DNA of 64,000 nucleotides, filler included, from Circinaria calcarea (Eukaryota): NCBI GenBank assembly GCA_051942165.1. It is 40 parts of 40 records of this genome, joined end to end, with 100 filler letters (N's around TTAATTAATTAA, not from the genome) between each part and the next. Parts side by side here need not be neighbours in the genome. Positions count along the whole stretch, not along the records: positions 51,356 to 52,851 come from JAVECS010004633.1; positions 52,952 to 54,446 come from JAVECS010004634.1; positions 54,547 to 56,040 come from JAVECS010004635.1; positions 56,141 to 57,633 come from JAVECS010004636.1; positions 57,734 to 59,226 come from JAVECS010004637.1; positions 59,327 to 60,819 come from JAVECS010004638.1; positions 60,920 to 62,412 come from JAVECS010004639.1; positions 62,513 to 64,000 come from JAVECS010004648.1; 32 more parts are not named here. One strand, 5' to 3'. Shown piece by piece: positions 52,018 to 64,000 of this stretch (position 1 is its first letter; each line of letters starts with the position of its first letter). The notes under the pieces were generated by a model. It saw only the letters and a program-made list of their open reading frames with translations, ran no database searches and was not told where the DNA came from. The position numbers and the translations under genes were made by a program.

Positions 52018-52345
52018 ATGATTGATGAATGATGGGTGTCGGGCGTTGTCTACTGTTGCTATTGGGGCGGCACTCTGATATGCATGCATGCATAGGTTAT
52101 GCAGATACTCCTCCGTGAGAGACTCGGCCGTTGTTTTTAGTAGCGTGTCTCATCAACTTCGAATAGATAATTGAGGGATGAGTCCTGACAAAAGTAATTA
52201 TGCTTGCCATGTATATGTCATACGCAACGCTAAATCCTAGTTAAGAGATACTATTGACATGGCGTTAGGTGCTAGTTCGTAATGCTGTACTATAGAAACC
52301 TTCCATTCTCCCAAGAGGAAAGTTCCCATCCTTCTCACTTCTCCT

Positions 52346-52851
52346 TCACGAATTAAAAATCCGCGAATAGAGCAACTCATGCCTGCCCCCCCAAAGCTCC
52401 ATTACCGGCACACACTGGCCGGCCTCCTCCGTGCCGACCTCCCAATTCCCCTCCAACGCGGCACGGATCTCCGCCTGCAACCAGGCGCTCGCTAGGACAG
52501 ACTGGGCCTGATACGGGCCCATGACGGCGGCGCGGACGGCGGCGCTGAGGACGGCCTTGGCGTGGTTGAAGAGGAAGACGTAGGCGGTTTGGGCCAGGGG
52601 GATGCCGAGCGAGAGGCAAACGAGGGACCAGAGGGGAGCGAAGTGGCCGGTCGGAGGGAGGACGTCGGTGTTTTGGGATTGGGGGGAGGGGACCTTGAGG
52701 GAGGTGGAAAAGGCGGTCAGGGCCCTTGTGGCCGCTGCAGCTGCTGCATGTATACTTTCCGTGTCGGTGGCAGGAGAGGTGACAACAGAGTAGGGAGGAG
52801 AAGGACACGAAGGCCGTAAGGCTCGCTCCCAAACCCCCAGCAGCGCCCTCC
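52346..52851 (-). CDS. ureF: Urease accessory protein UreF, C-terminal part (missing from the ORF track)
   Basis: RALLGVWERA...GHFAPLW...FNHAKAVLSAAVRAAVMGPYQAQ...WGGRHELLYSRIFNS*. Confidence 0.92.
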
Positions 52852-52951
52852 NNNNNNNNNNNNNNNNNNNNNNNNNNNNNNNNNNNNNNNNNNNNTTAAT
52901 TAATTAANNNNNNNNNNNNNNNNNNNNNNNNNNNNNNNNNNNNNNNNNNNN

Positions 52952-54037
52952 TCCCATTTCGAAGTGATCCTTCATGGCAGGGAATGTGGTCCCAAACTTG
53001 TGGAACTCCTCGCCAAACGTGGTGTATGCGAGGATTGCTCGCGCGTTGACATCCTCACGCGGCCAGGTGTCCATAGGTAGCAATGCGACGCAATGAAGCT
53101 CCTCACTGCTGTCACTTGACAAAGCTGCCGCACAAATCTTGTAGCTCGATTCCTGGGATATGGTGTCGAGGACGTAGCGTAGAGAGTTATTCGTGTAAGA
53201 ACGGATCTTCCCCCCACATTCAGGGTCATGGTAGTCGAAGATAGCGTCGGCGCCACGCGATTTGACAAGATCAAAGTTTTGGGGGCTAGCGGTAGTAATG
53301 ACGGTAAGCCCAGATCTGAGGGGATTAGCTTCGTGCGATGATGCTTGTTGAGCATGGTAGGAGCGTGCAATTACAGTTTTGCATATTGGATAGCAAGTGT
53401 GCCGGTCGCGGTGCTTCCGCCGTATATCAGTATTGGGAACGGTGTCTTCGCCGGTTCTGTAGGCAGCGGCAATTTCATAGCAAGGTAGAGGCTTTGTCCA
53501 ACAGTGGTCACGCCAACTCCCAACGAAGCAGTATCTTCGAAGCTCATTCCATCTGGAATCTTGGCCAAATGGCCATCCTTGACCATGGCAAACTCTGCAA
53601 AAGCGCCATCCTCAGGGCAATCCTTAGGTATAGTCAGCGAAGACCGGAGGATCTTTTTGGAGGTGAGCCCACATGGTTGGCGCAGTGGCAAACTCCGTAA
53701 ACCCTATCGCCTTTTGTAACGTCCGTCTTGCAAGCTTCCCCGACCTCTTCGACGGTGCCAGAGACATCGCAGCCTACGCGAGACAAGTTTCAGTGAGAAG
53801 CCACGGATACTTGAGGAACTTCTTACCCAGTATGCCACCAATGCGGCCAGCAAACGCGGTATGATGGAAGTCGGCTGCGGTCCATCAGCGACCACTCATG
53901 AGCAGGATCAGCGGTGATGTACTTGGATTTACCGCGACAGCCACGGTCCTGACCTTGATATAATCCGGTCTCATTGATTGACTCTCTATATCAGCAAGTT
54001 CCGCCTTTCCAGCCTCCTTGATAATGACGGCTTTCAT
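52952..54037 (-). CDS. MDR-family enoyl reductase (TOXD/LovC-like), multi-exon, 3'-truncated
   Basis: [50 protein letters not shown]. Confidence 0.88.
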
Positions 54038-54546
54038 GATGTCGAGAGTTGGCCTGCTGGACAGAGACCTTTAAGGTAGAGAGCGCCGGCGTATAAATTG
54101 ACTTGGACCGATGAAAATGTTACCAAAAAGCCATAGAATGGCGGAAGAAAACTTCTGGTTGCACACCTAAAGCTCACCACCTCGAGAGCACGCGGGCGAC
54201 TGTATGTCCTTCGGGAAATGGTGCTGAATAAAGAGTGGCTCCTCTTCGCTTGTGGAACATGGGGATAAGTCAGGCTGCATGTCTGGAAAACAGACTCCCC
54301 ATACTCTAGGGCTGAGCATAGATTTGCGGGACTGATAGAGCACTTGAGTTCAACCACTCGCCACCCACCAACCTTCGGGATTAACCCACACTTAGGGTAT
54401 GGATCAAGGCAGCCAAGGGGCTTCCATTGCCTTGACCAGCGATTCTNNNNNNNNNNNNNNNNNNNNNNNNNNNNNNNNNNNNNNNNNNNNTTAATTAATT
54501 AANNNNNNNNNNNNNNNNNNNNNNNNNNNNNNNNNNNNNNNNNNNN

Positions 54547-54738
54547 GAACCTCCGTCGTCGAAGAAGGTCAAACCAGCACGCAGCCTTGAAGAAGAGCTC
54601 CGACGTGCCTCGGAGAGATTGCTGGGAGCTGAGAGTTCTTCAAGTTCTTCAAGGTCGTCGCCCGACTCGAGTTCTCGCCGTCGCTCATTCCATGTTGTGG
54701 AAGATGAGCCGGCAGGCAAACGTCAGAGAATTGAATGA
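54547..54738 (+). CDS. Hypothetical protein C-terminus
   Basis: Open frame EPPSSKKVKPARSLEEEL...KRQRIE*, converging on RRP43. Confidence 0.4.
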   Translation, partial: EPPSSKKVKPARSLEEELRRASERLLGAESSSSSSRSSPDSSSRRRSFHVVEDEPAGKRQRIE

Positions 54739-55001
54739 ACACTTGGGAATCTTTTTGCATAGCAACGGCGTGAAAGGGCAAGAGATAATTGGCACGACAA
54801 CATGAGTAGCATTAGATACCCAAAATTCAACGACCAGTGGAAGTCCTTTGATCGCAGTGAACCTTGGAGCCCCTCATCCGTGACTTTTTCCGGGAGTATT
54901 CTCGAGCTAAGCGTCAAAAAGTGACAGCAGCGTATCCGATATCCTATAACGCCATCGCTATGCATCCTCGTAGTGTCTTCGAAAAGAAAGACCCCTCCGT
55001 A

Positions 55002-56040
55002 TCAACCCCCAACTACATCCCTCCACTCCTTCCACCTCCGTCCCGCCAACCTTACCAAATCCCTCATCTCCCTAACCCCGACGACCACCCCTCCGCTCTT
55101 CTCCAGCCTCAAAACCTTGCCCTCTGCCCCACCTTCCCCATCCACCACGACCGTAACCTCCTCTTCACACAACCCCTCTTCGAAACCATCCGGATCCGCC
55201 AACACCCATCTCGTCTCCCCGCCGCCCTTTCCCTTCTCCCTTTCTTTCCCCCAGCTCCCTTGCCCTTTGTCCTCAAACACCGCGAACGTGGCTGCGACCG
55301 GGAACCCTCTCAGCCGTAGCCTCTGCGCTTCTGCCGCCCGCTCATCGCACAGCACCGCCTGCCGATCCGCATCCCACCACGCCCGGGGTAGCTTCGTATC
55401 CTTCAGCGCCGCCAGCACCGCCCCCCACGCCGCGTCGAAGGGGTTCCCGTCCAGCGAGATGAACCAGATGTCCATGTAGAGGGTCCAGAACGCTTTTACT
55501 TCCGGCACGCGCTCTTCTTCTTCTTCTTCCTCGCCTTCGAGTGTTTCCGGCTGAGCGATCCGATCGGGCATGTGCCATATCCGTAGGTCTTCGAGAGAGA
55601 TGAGATCGGAAGTGTGGAGGAGGGTGAGGATGCGGTGACTGAGGGATTGCGCGAGCGGAGAGGGCGGGGTCCCGGGTAAGTGGGCGGGGGAGCACCCGGT
55701 TGCGAGTTCGAGGTTCGGGACCAGGAGGCCCAGGTCTGCCAATTCGTGCCTGTCTCCCCTTCTTCCACCGTCCCCACCTTCCTCCCCATCTTCCTCCCTC
55801 ACACCCCTTCCTCCCCCTTTCTTCCTCCCCTGCGAAACCCGATAACTGCCCACGTCACTAGCCAGCAGGATTTCCCCCCGGACACCACACACGACTGCCG
55901 TGTCGCCGACGCGCACGACGGCGCTGCCGGAAGCGTGGGAGAGGGAACCGGTATTGAGGGTCGGAGGGCGGGTTTGCGCCGGGGTGCGGCGGTTGGGCCG
56001 GAGTGGAGTGGGGAGCTGGAGGTGGGCGCAGAGGTAGGGC
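55002..56040 (-). CDS. RRP43: Exosome core subunit RRP43 (RNase PH-like), 5'-truncated
   Basis: NTGSLSHASGSAVVRVGDTAVVCGVRGEIL, LLVPNLELATGCSP, ISLDGNPFDAAW, LADPDGFEEGLC. Confidence 0.88.
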
Positions 56041-56218
56041 NNNNNNNNNNNNNNNNNNNNNNNNNNNNNNNNNNNNNNNNNNNNTTAATTAATTAANNNN
56101 NNNNNNNNNNNNNNNNNNNNNNNNNNNNNNNNNNNNNNNNATAGAGCCGCCTTCAGCGTGAAACTCTCTTCCTTTGAAACTTGCCCACGAGATCATGCGA
56201 GGTGCACGAAGGAGCATC

Positions 56219-56980
56219 TTACCTGTCAGCTCCCTCTCCAGTACCGAAAACCCATCCAACGGCTCTCTTATAGTCTCTAGAGACCCCAGAGAACGTAGAT
56301 TGGGCAATCTCCTGCACACTATTCGTTACTATATTGCCATGCATTGTGATTTGCCTTTTTTCCAAATCTGCGGCAATCACAAAGCTGACATCCTTAGGTT
56401 TGTAAACACCCAACCTATTGGGTAAGTTTACAGGTGAGGAGTCTGCGAGCTGGTAGGTGACGTTGCGATAGTCCGGCCGAGAGTAGGCTGAGAGAGGACC
56501 GCCCCAGTGGTCTGTGGATATGGTGATGAATCCCTTTTTCTCTGTTGTATATAGGATTGACTTGTCTTCATTGATATGGCCCGTACTGCGGACTCTAAAC
56601 TCTATCTCAATCCGAGGTCCCTCGCCACTGTCGAGCACATTCTGAGAAGTAAGCCCTGCAGTGCAGAGGAAGGCGGAGCTGTTAGTGATCTCGACTCCGA
56701 ACGGGATAATCGCCTTCTTCCGCTCTTCCTATTTACTTCGAAAGAGTCAGGACCAGACAAGACCTAAGGAGCTGTACATGCGCTAAGTCGGGGAATTTAG
56801 AGGACTAGGATAACTCACCGATAAGTCTTTAGTAACCAGACCGCCGTTGATGGCAAGGGTCGGCCACCACGCATAACCACCATTAGGAATCACGAATCGG
56901 ACGTCCGTTACTGTCATTACGGTGCCCGGCGAGGTACTACGGATGTAAACATCTTGGTACACAGTTCCTCCGATAGGCAT
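56219..56980 (-). CDS. Unrecognised two-exon protein, about 223 aa, beta-strand-like composition
   Basis: ATG 56980; intron 56729-56818 (GTGAGT...CTGAC...TAG) joins two ORFs in frame. Confidence 0.6.
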
Positions 56981-57458
56981 TCTGACTGCTGTTAGAATTT
57001 AAGGTGGCAAAACGATCAAGTTATACTGATCTTTCTATTCGAGTAAAGTGAGGATGAAGGAACCTCAGATACAAACTGCACAGATATATCAAGTTTGAGG
57101 TCATTTTACGGCTGTTCCGCGGCAAGACGCGCTCTCGCGCCTAAAGACTATTCTACCCTTAAGCCTTAGCAACCGCTTGGATAGAAACTAGTGAGAGCCC
57201 TGCTAGGGTTTCTCGACAGAAGCCCTAACTTATTTTTATATCATTTTCACCTGGAAATACATATTAGGTGTTTCTACGTCTCTCCTCTACTATTGGATAA
57301 GCTTACATTATATACCCGCTCAATAAGATGGCGCATTTGTACTTTGTCGACGGCGAAGAGTGGCCTCGATATAAGTGGAAAGTGATTATTATTATTCAAA
57401 TACCGTTATTTCCACTCCTGATTTTGTGTTGTATACAGCTTGAAGCTCTCAATTTCCA

Positions 57459-57633
57459 TCACTCATCATCGCCGTGGAAAACCTTAACGGGTAACCAGTC
57501 GTCGGTGCAAACTTTGAAGCGGTTACTAAGATTATGCAGCGCCGTCATATCTTTGGCCGGGATTTCCCATCCGTCCAGGTCAAAGTTCTCCTTCACTCTC
57601 TTCTCACTCACAGTCTTCGGGATAACCGACCAT
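57459..57633 (-). CDS. Aldo-keto reductase, C-terminus
   Basis: WSVIPKTV...RVKENFDLDGWE...WLPVKVFHGDDE*. Confidence 0.78.
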
Positions 57634-57733
57634 NNNNNNNNNNNNNNNNNNNNNNNNNNNNNNNNNNNNNNNNNNNNTTAATTAATTAANNNNNNNNNNN
57701 NNNNNNNNNNNNNNNNNNNNNNNNNNNNNNNNN

Positions 57734-58192
57734 ACTGCACTGAACGCAACAATCGAGGCGGCAAGGAGAGCTGGATGGCAGCGGTGCTATCGATGCAAAC
57801 GGTTCGTGGAACTTACGATAGGATGCAACCACATCACGTAAGTGGTATTTCTAAACGTTAGATTTAACCATTCACGAATTTGACATTAATGCCAGCTGCC
57901 ATTGCCGCGCCGAGTTCTGCTACGTTTGCGCCGCGCCATGGAGATCTTGTGAATGTCCGTTATGGCATGAAGAGCGTCTGGTCCAACGGGCAAACGTATT
58001 GGCAGATCGAGCTCCTATAGGCCCAAACCAACCTCGACAACAAGTAGTCCAGCGAATACAAGAAGTACTCCAGCAAGACCGCCGTTGTGAGCACACTGCG
58101 AGGGTTGCGGGCTTGACTTGCCTCACTTTCACTACGTCTGCGAGGTGTGTGGGATCGTTGCATGTTCCCAATGCCGCCACAATAGACTATGA
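57734..58192 (+). pseudogene. RBR/IBR-type E3 ligase C-terminus with an apparent deletion-frameshift
   Basis: WQRCYRCKRFVELTIGCNHIT|CHCRAEFCYVC; the Cys-rich tail CEGC...CEVC...CSQCRHNRL* lies in a different frame from about 58094. Confidence 0.6.
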
Positions 58193-60040
58193 CCGACAGC
58201 GATTAGAGGGTCCTTTCCAAGATCATGGATGGTTGCACTTCGTAAGGGGGTAGCATCATGACAATGTAGGCAGCGCTGATGGAGATATCAGGGAAGATTA
58301 CCATATATTCCAAAGCTTGTTGCAGAGAAGGTGCCGGGGAAACTTAGAAGTAGGAGTCACTCTATAAGTGGGCATGAACTGGGTTCGGATAGCTACATTG
58401 CTATCCATGGCCAGAATCTGTAGAAAAAATCTGACAAGACTTCCCTAAATTCTTCGGTGCGGAGATAACGTTGAAATAAACTACACCTGGTGGAACCGTG
58501 ATAAGCGTGGCAGATCGACACATGCTTCCGAGATCCGTAGAAGCCTGTTTCTAGCAGATTTCGGTCTTTTGGCCTGTGTTGCGAGCGGGTTGGTTGCCTG
58601 GAACTAAGTTTGGGATTTTGCTGCCATGCTTGTTGATCGGCGAAGTCAAAATACGACCGGGAAGGATTTCATCTCGCTGGCCTTGGCCAGCCCCGCCATC
58701 CGCCAGCCTCCTTCCCGTGGGAGTGACAGCGAACCGTACAAAGTCCGTTTCAGGTCCTGATGCTTCTAGATCAATGTGCACATACGGAACCACTGTACAT
58801 CTCATCGCCTTCGTGTAATCATTGCTTCTTGTGTCGTGGTAGATTGAGATTACTTGGTGAACGTCATTTGCTGTCAGACTTTTGCGCGCCGAAGGATCTC
58901 CCCAGCCCTGCTGGCTGAGCGTCGTCAATTTCCAGCACATCTTCATCGCAGCTTCCAGAAACTCGCCAACTGCAACTCGCCCTCATTGCAAAAAGATATC
59001 GCACCACCTTCACATTCGCAGTTGTATTCCCCCCCTTTGTTCGACACTCTCCTTCCCGACCTTGCTCTGTCCAATCAACACTACGAAGCTATCTGCTCGA
59101 CATCTACGGCCGACACAACCACTTCCTCTCCTACTGACATTGAAGTATCCAGCTACAAGTTCAGACCTACGGAACGTGCGCAGTAGCCGCTCTGCTTTGT
59201 CAAAGTCGCAGACATGGTTATTGCCANNNNNNNNNNNNNNNNNNNNNNNNNNNNNNNNNNNNNNNNNNNNTTAATTAATTAANNNNNNNNNNNNNNNNNN
59301 NNNNNNNNNNNNNNNNNNNNNNNNNNTTAATATCCAGGAGCGCAAAACTTTTCCCAGCGCGGCTTTTCAATGAGTAGAGAAATCTGGTTACGGTTTGGGG
59401 AAGTAAGTGATGTCGATTTGGCTTTGCTTTGCTGCACATAAGCTGCTGTCCGGAAGGTGGTGTCTAAAGTTGCAACCATATTTTCCTGTGTACTCGCAAA
59501 TGCTATCAGGGAGGGAGGTCTCCAGGATACGGTCTGTCAGGTGCTGAAGCCTGAGGGAACTATGCTGAGCGGGTTAGACTGGATGTAAATTTCTTCCTCA
59601 ATTCAATTTTGTAGAGTACTTTTGCAAATGAGATCCATACCATACCATACCATAGCAGACCTTAGCTACCTTTTTTACAAAACTCCTTCCCATCTAATAC
59701 GATCACATTTCGCGTTGCGTTATCCATTCATCTAGTTAGATATTTACAACCTTTCCCAAACATGTGACTTGCATATCGCATCATACCTTGCCTTACCCCT
59801 GCCCTAAGGTATCCATCAAGTATCAAGTGTCGACCAGACCCCAAATTCCGACTCCTTGCTTGAAAAAATGGTTCGCAGACTATCACAGAGGAGGATAGAA
59901 GACCTCCTGTTGTCTGAAACCCCTTAAGACGAGAAACAAAAGTTACCGCCGCCCCAACTATCAAACTAAATCACACTTTCGATACTTCGTTTCTGGTGGT
60001 GGAGAATTGCGGAGAAGGGAGAGCCCTGAGGTAGGGAGGT

Positions 60041-60819
60041 TTAGGCCTTTTGGATCCAGCCGGAGTGGACGAAGAAGTCGAAGATTCGGGAGGATTTGGA
60101 GACGTCGATCTGGGGGGTTTGGGAGCGGAGTAAGTGAGAGTTTGTCTTGGGAGCAGGGTTGGTTGTGAGAGTTGAGGGTGAAGCGGGGGATGAGGACGGA
60201 AAGATGAAGTGTAAGGGGGATTGAGGGGATCATGGATGTAGGGGATGTGGAGGCTTTATAAATGAGGTTTGGGCATGCAGCGCTAATGGATAGAAAAGGG
60301 GAAGATATAGAGACGGCACCTACCTTACATATCTCCCTCGCCACCTTCTTCTTCAAGACCCCTCCTGCCTTCACTGCCTCCCGTATCAATCCTTCTTTGA
60401 TGACGAGATATGCTTTTGGCATTAGTCTGAGCACAGAGCAGAGTTCGGCTTCCTCCTTGGTGAGGAGATGAAGATCTGTCGCATTCTCGGGTGTAAGTCT
60501 GAGGGGTTGCGTGTTTGTGAGTGGTACTATGGAAAAGGGAGACGGTTTCTGATTTGCGGTATGTACGAGGTGATTCGCTGAGTTTGATGTCCCATTCGTG
60601 AGGGGTCCTTTAGTTTGTACAGGGAGTGAAATGGTCGGTGGTTGAGGTTTTAACCGTTCCGGGAGCTCGGGCGCAGTAAGAGCGGTGGTGGCCGAGGGTG
60701 TTTCAATAGGAGGTGCCGGTTTTGGTGCCCTCACACCAGCTAGACGGTCGAAAGAACCGGTTGGGGCAGGCCGCTGAGCGCGTGCCTGTTTCTCCGTCTC
60801 GTATTTCTCACCGGATTTA
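60041..60819 (-). CDS. ADA2: SAGA subunit ADA2, C-terminal SWIRM domain
   Basis: DLHLLTKEEAELCSVLRLMPKAYLVIKE...REICK|IDVSKSSRIFDFFVHSGWI. Confidence 0.92.
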
Positions 60820-60960
60820 NNNNNNNNNNNNNNNNNNNNNNNNNNNNNNNNNNNNNNNNNNNNTTAATTAATTAANNNNNNNNNNNNNNNNNNNNNNNNN
60901 NNNNNNNNNNNNNNNNNNNCATCCCCGTACCCAAAAGGACATGTCGAGTGCAAGCCCTAT

Positions 60961-62412
60961 CTATCTCTTGCATCCCGACAGCGCCTTGTCAAGCTCCTTC
61001 AACAGATTCTGCCCTCCAAACAGCCCGGTCCCGATTCCATTGTAAGACTCAATCTGTGAGTTCACCTTGGCCCACCGTCGCACATTCTCGAATATCTTAC
61101 TCCCCTTGAGCTCAAAATACTTGGCCACAATCTCCTTCCACAGCCCATTGCGCTTCTCCGACTTTTGGAGCCATTCAAGCATAGCGAATCGAACCGTCCA
61201 CGATTGGCGAAGGGAATTATATTCATTAGACAGTCGTCGGGTCGTGGGAGTGTCGGGTGAGTTCTCGTAGCCTGGCTCATTTCTCCACGGCGTACTGTTG
61301 AAGATCATGGCTTGGATGCTCACCAGAATTTGTAAGAGGGTCGACTTCCCTGGCTGCCATCTTTCCGCAGCCCCACGACCTTCCCAGGTGCCAAGAAGGC
61401 TCAAGCATACTGTGGAAAATCAGTGTTATAGAGGTAGCCCGGTGTAGATGTAACAAGTTACCTTCTCCGTCGGACTTTAGGTTTGGATTAAATCGTATCT
61501 TGCCACCGCCAGTTGTGCGGAGCTTAACGTTGGGTGGGAGGAAAGGAAAGTCCCGCGCACAGAGGATATCGAATCTGCCGGCAGGTCAGCTAACATCAGT
61601 TATCTAGGGCCGGCCGGCTACTTGCTCAAAAAGACCTCCCTCATAGGGGGTACCATCAGAACCGACTATCAGGCACTTCAAGACATCTATTCGATTTTCC
61701 TCCGCCTTAATAAAGATGCCCTCAGGCAATGACGTATGCAAATCAGTGACTTGGACGGTGAGTACCTTCAATCGGTTATGCGGAGAGTCCCGCAGACTTA
61801 GAGCATACAGTTGTAGGTCTGTTCTCATGTTTGCCATGACCTCTCCACTGACGTGGGCCACGCGATTTTCGGCGCAGTATGTTGCCCATTCGGCTGCTTT
61901 GCTAGTAGGCTTCCCTCGGCGTTTCCCAGCGTCTTTGCTGGACGCTAATGCAGTTAACGTCTTGTAAAGATTTCTCACTCGCTTGGCAAGATCTAGCATT
62001 TCCTGGCCCGATTCATCGTTGAATCCAGACTTGACTGCTCGAGTGGTCTTCAGTAGTGCATCACTCTGGATGTTGAGATTCTTCATACTATCAAGTAAAG
62101 ACGAGGACATCGACTTCCGAGATGTTTCGACCTCGAGTAGATGAGCACCCTTTCCTTTGGCCTTCTTCTTTCCCTTGCCTCGGTCGTCGATATCATCTTC
62201 CATAGACAAGTATTGAAGACCAGGGCTTCTCTTCTTAACATAACGACCATCGATCACCAAGAACCTGGTGTCCGGATGACTCCCCACCCTTTCCACAAAT
62301 CTGAGTATAGACCGATATAGGCTGGCGCGGCTTTGAATATCTTGAATGGAATCGTTTCTCAATAACTGCGCAGCCCTCTCTTGGAATAAGCTGAGCTCGA
62401 TCATGTCAGACA
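60961..62412 (-). CDS. Large UBC-domain E2 enzyme (BIRC6/UBE2Z-like), 3' part
   Basis: LPEGIFIKAEENRIDVLKCLIVGSDGTPYEGGLFE; RFNPNL..DGE|VCLSLLGTWEG; STLLQILVSIQAMIF..PWRNEPG. Confidence 0.88.
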
Positions 62413-62512
62413 NNNNNNNNNNNNNNNNNNNNNNNNNNNNNNNNNNNNNNNNNNNNTTAATTAATTAANNNNNNNNNNNNNNNNNNNNNNNNNNNNNNNN
62501 NNNNNNNNNNNN

Positions 62513-63413
62513 CGCGAGTCCAAACTGCGAACACTGCGGATACAAGACTCATCTCTCGGGACCTATGTGGGGAGGTCCTCTTCACAATCCCCTTTTCATT
62601 CAATGCATACTCGATCGACTTCCCTCCCTTGATAAAGGAATCTACACCACGACACCTCGAATGGAAGGTATGCTGTTTACAGCTCTTCACGAAACCATCT
62701 TCGACACTTCCTCAAACACACCATGCAATCCCTCCGAATCAAAAGGACAAACAACATTGGCTATACCACCCCTTAATTCCGCATATCCCGATAAGCACCC
62801 ATTCTTCTTGATGCCTTCTGCCTTGGCCAAAGTCCTCCACTGCGTCGGTCCCTCAGACGCACAACTCCGAGGCGCATTTCTAAGTCTCGGCTACCAGGTC
62901 ACCCGCTCTCATACCAAGCCAGGCAGTATCCGCACAAATGCTCCCTGGAACGTGATTTGGGAGGTGATGAGAGAGTGGGTCCGACAGAAAGCGCCGGTTA
63001 AAGAGAATGCTCTCAAGAAGGGTACGGCGGGGTGGGGCATTATGCAGAAAGACCGATCGAAGGTCGGTGTGCAGACACTGAAAGAAGAACTAGCTGCCAT
63101 CATGAGCACGGTCGATGACATGCAAACGGCCCAGACGGAAATCGAAGCTGCGCTGTATCGGGCCAGCAAAGCTACCGATGGGACTTCCAACAGCGAAGAA
63201 ACGTCTCCAACGATGGAGGGGACGGAAGAAGACCAACACGAGGATCCAGATGTTCCGGGCAAGCGGTTCTCCGCCTTGGAAATCAGTAAGCTCAACGTTG
63301 TCTTCGACGAGAAGCTAGGGAAAGAGCGCGAGGCGAAGAGGGGGGTTCGGTACCAGATGAATCCGAGGGCGAATTGGGGGCCGATGAATCGTGCTAAGGG
63401 AGGAGAAGCATAA
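62513..63413 (+). CDS. TRM1: tRNA (guanine26-N2)-dimethyltransferase, C-terminal part
   Basis: CEHCGYKTHLSGPMWGGPLHN, GYQVTRSHTKPGSIRTNAPW, RYQMNPRANWGP. Confidence 0.92.
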
Positions 63414-63828
63414 CGGGTAGTTTTCGAGACAACGACTACGGTATTGTCACATCGATTAATCCATTCTCCCATCTGCTCATTCCCTTCCCAAATTCCCTTC
63501 CTCGTACACCCATCCCAGCTCTTTCCATCAAACATGTAGCTTCCCCCCCCACCGGGTCTTGGCGTCCATTTCAGTCTCAACGCCAACCTCCACCTACAAC
63601 TTCCTCTTCCATTAACTTCCCCTGACTCACCATCCGTTAGTACCCGATCCCTGGAAATTCACAAACCTCCTCCTAATCCCAATTCAAGTACCCCCCCTCG
63701 GATTCCAATCTTTTCATTTTTGCACGCCTCACGTTTTCCGTTAACATTAAACGTTCGGTAAAGTTTTTCCGTTTTTTCCTTCGCCCGGGGGGCCGTTTTT
63801 AAAAAAAATCCCCTAGGAATTTCGCTTC

Positions 63829-63913
63829 TGTAAGGGCTCTACCCGAGAACCCCTACGAACCCTACGGGGGAACTATACACCGAGGTCACGAGGTGTTGGC
63901 TTAGCGAGAAAGG
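63829..63913 (+). repeat. Dispersed repeat copy 2 (probable LTR 5' end)
   Basis: Matches 31405-31495; both copies start at TGTAAG. Confidence 0.75.
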
Positions 63914-64000
63914 TTTTCCTCGCGAAGCGTTACACGAGAACTCTTTAGCAATAATTCATACACTGATGCGAACCAACTAAGCTCATTATCACACAATTCA

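Noticed and set aside
62909..63586. 225-aa antisense ORF over TRM1
   Set aside because: Antisense shadow of a well-supported gene; same for the long antisense ORFs over the PKS, kinesin and RRP43.

Overview
This window is not one locus. It is 40 unplaced contigs of about 1.5 kb from a filamentous ascomycete (Pezizomycotina), joined by 39 artificial 100-bp spacers (N44-TTAATTAATTAA-N44) and sorted by decreasing length (1514, 1513, 1512 ... 1493 bp). Gene order across spacers therefore has no biological meaning. Most contigs carry fragments of ordinary intron-containing fungal genes: HR-PKS C-terminus, DHR2-like helicase, PHO84, kinesin-6, CPDase, PAN6/DBP7, RSM19/MRE11, VPH1, AreA, RMD1, CHK2-like kinase, SIS1, UreF, RRP43, ADA2, TRM1 and others. 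There is also a Ty3/gypsy pol fragment, a MITE, and repeats with RIP-like decay. Two observations stand out. (1) A complete, intact 1292-bp Tc1/mariner-type element (DD39E transposase, perfect 35-bp TIRs) is flanked by CG, not the canonical TA. It apparently inserted at a CCGG site inside a host reading frame. (2) A roughly 460-nt non-coding stretch can be folded by eye, on the minus strand, into a group I (IA-like) ribozyme core outside rDNA. Both need computational confirmation. All homology calls come from motif recognition; no database searches were run.
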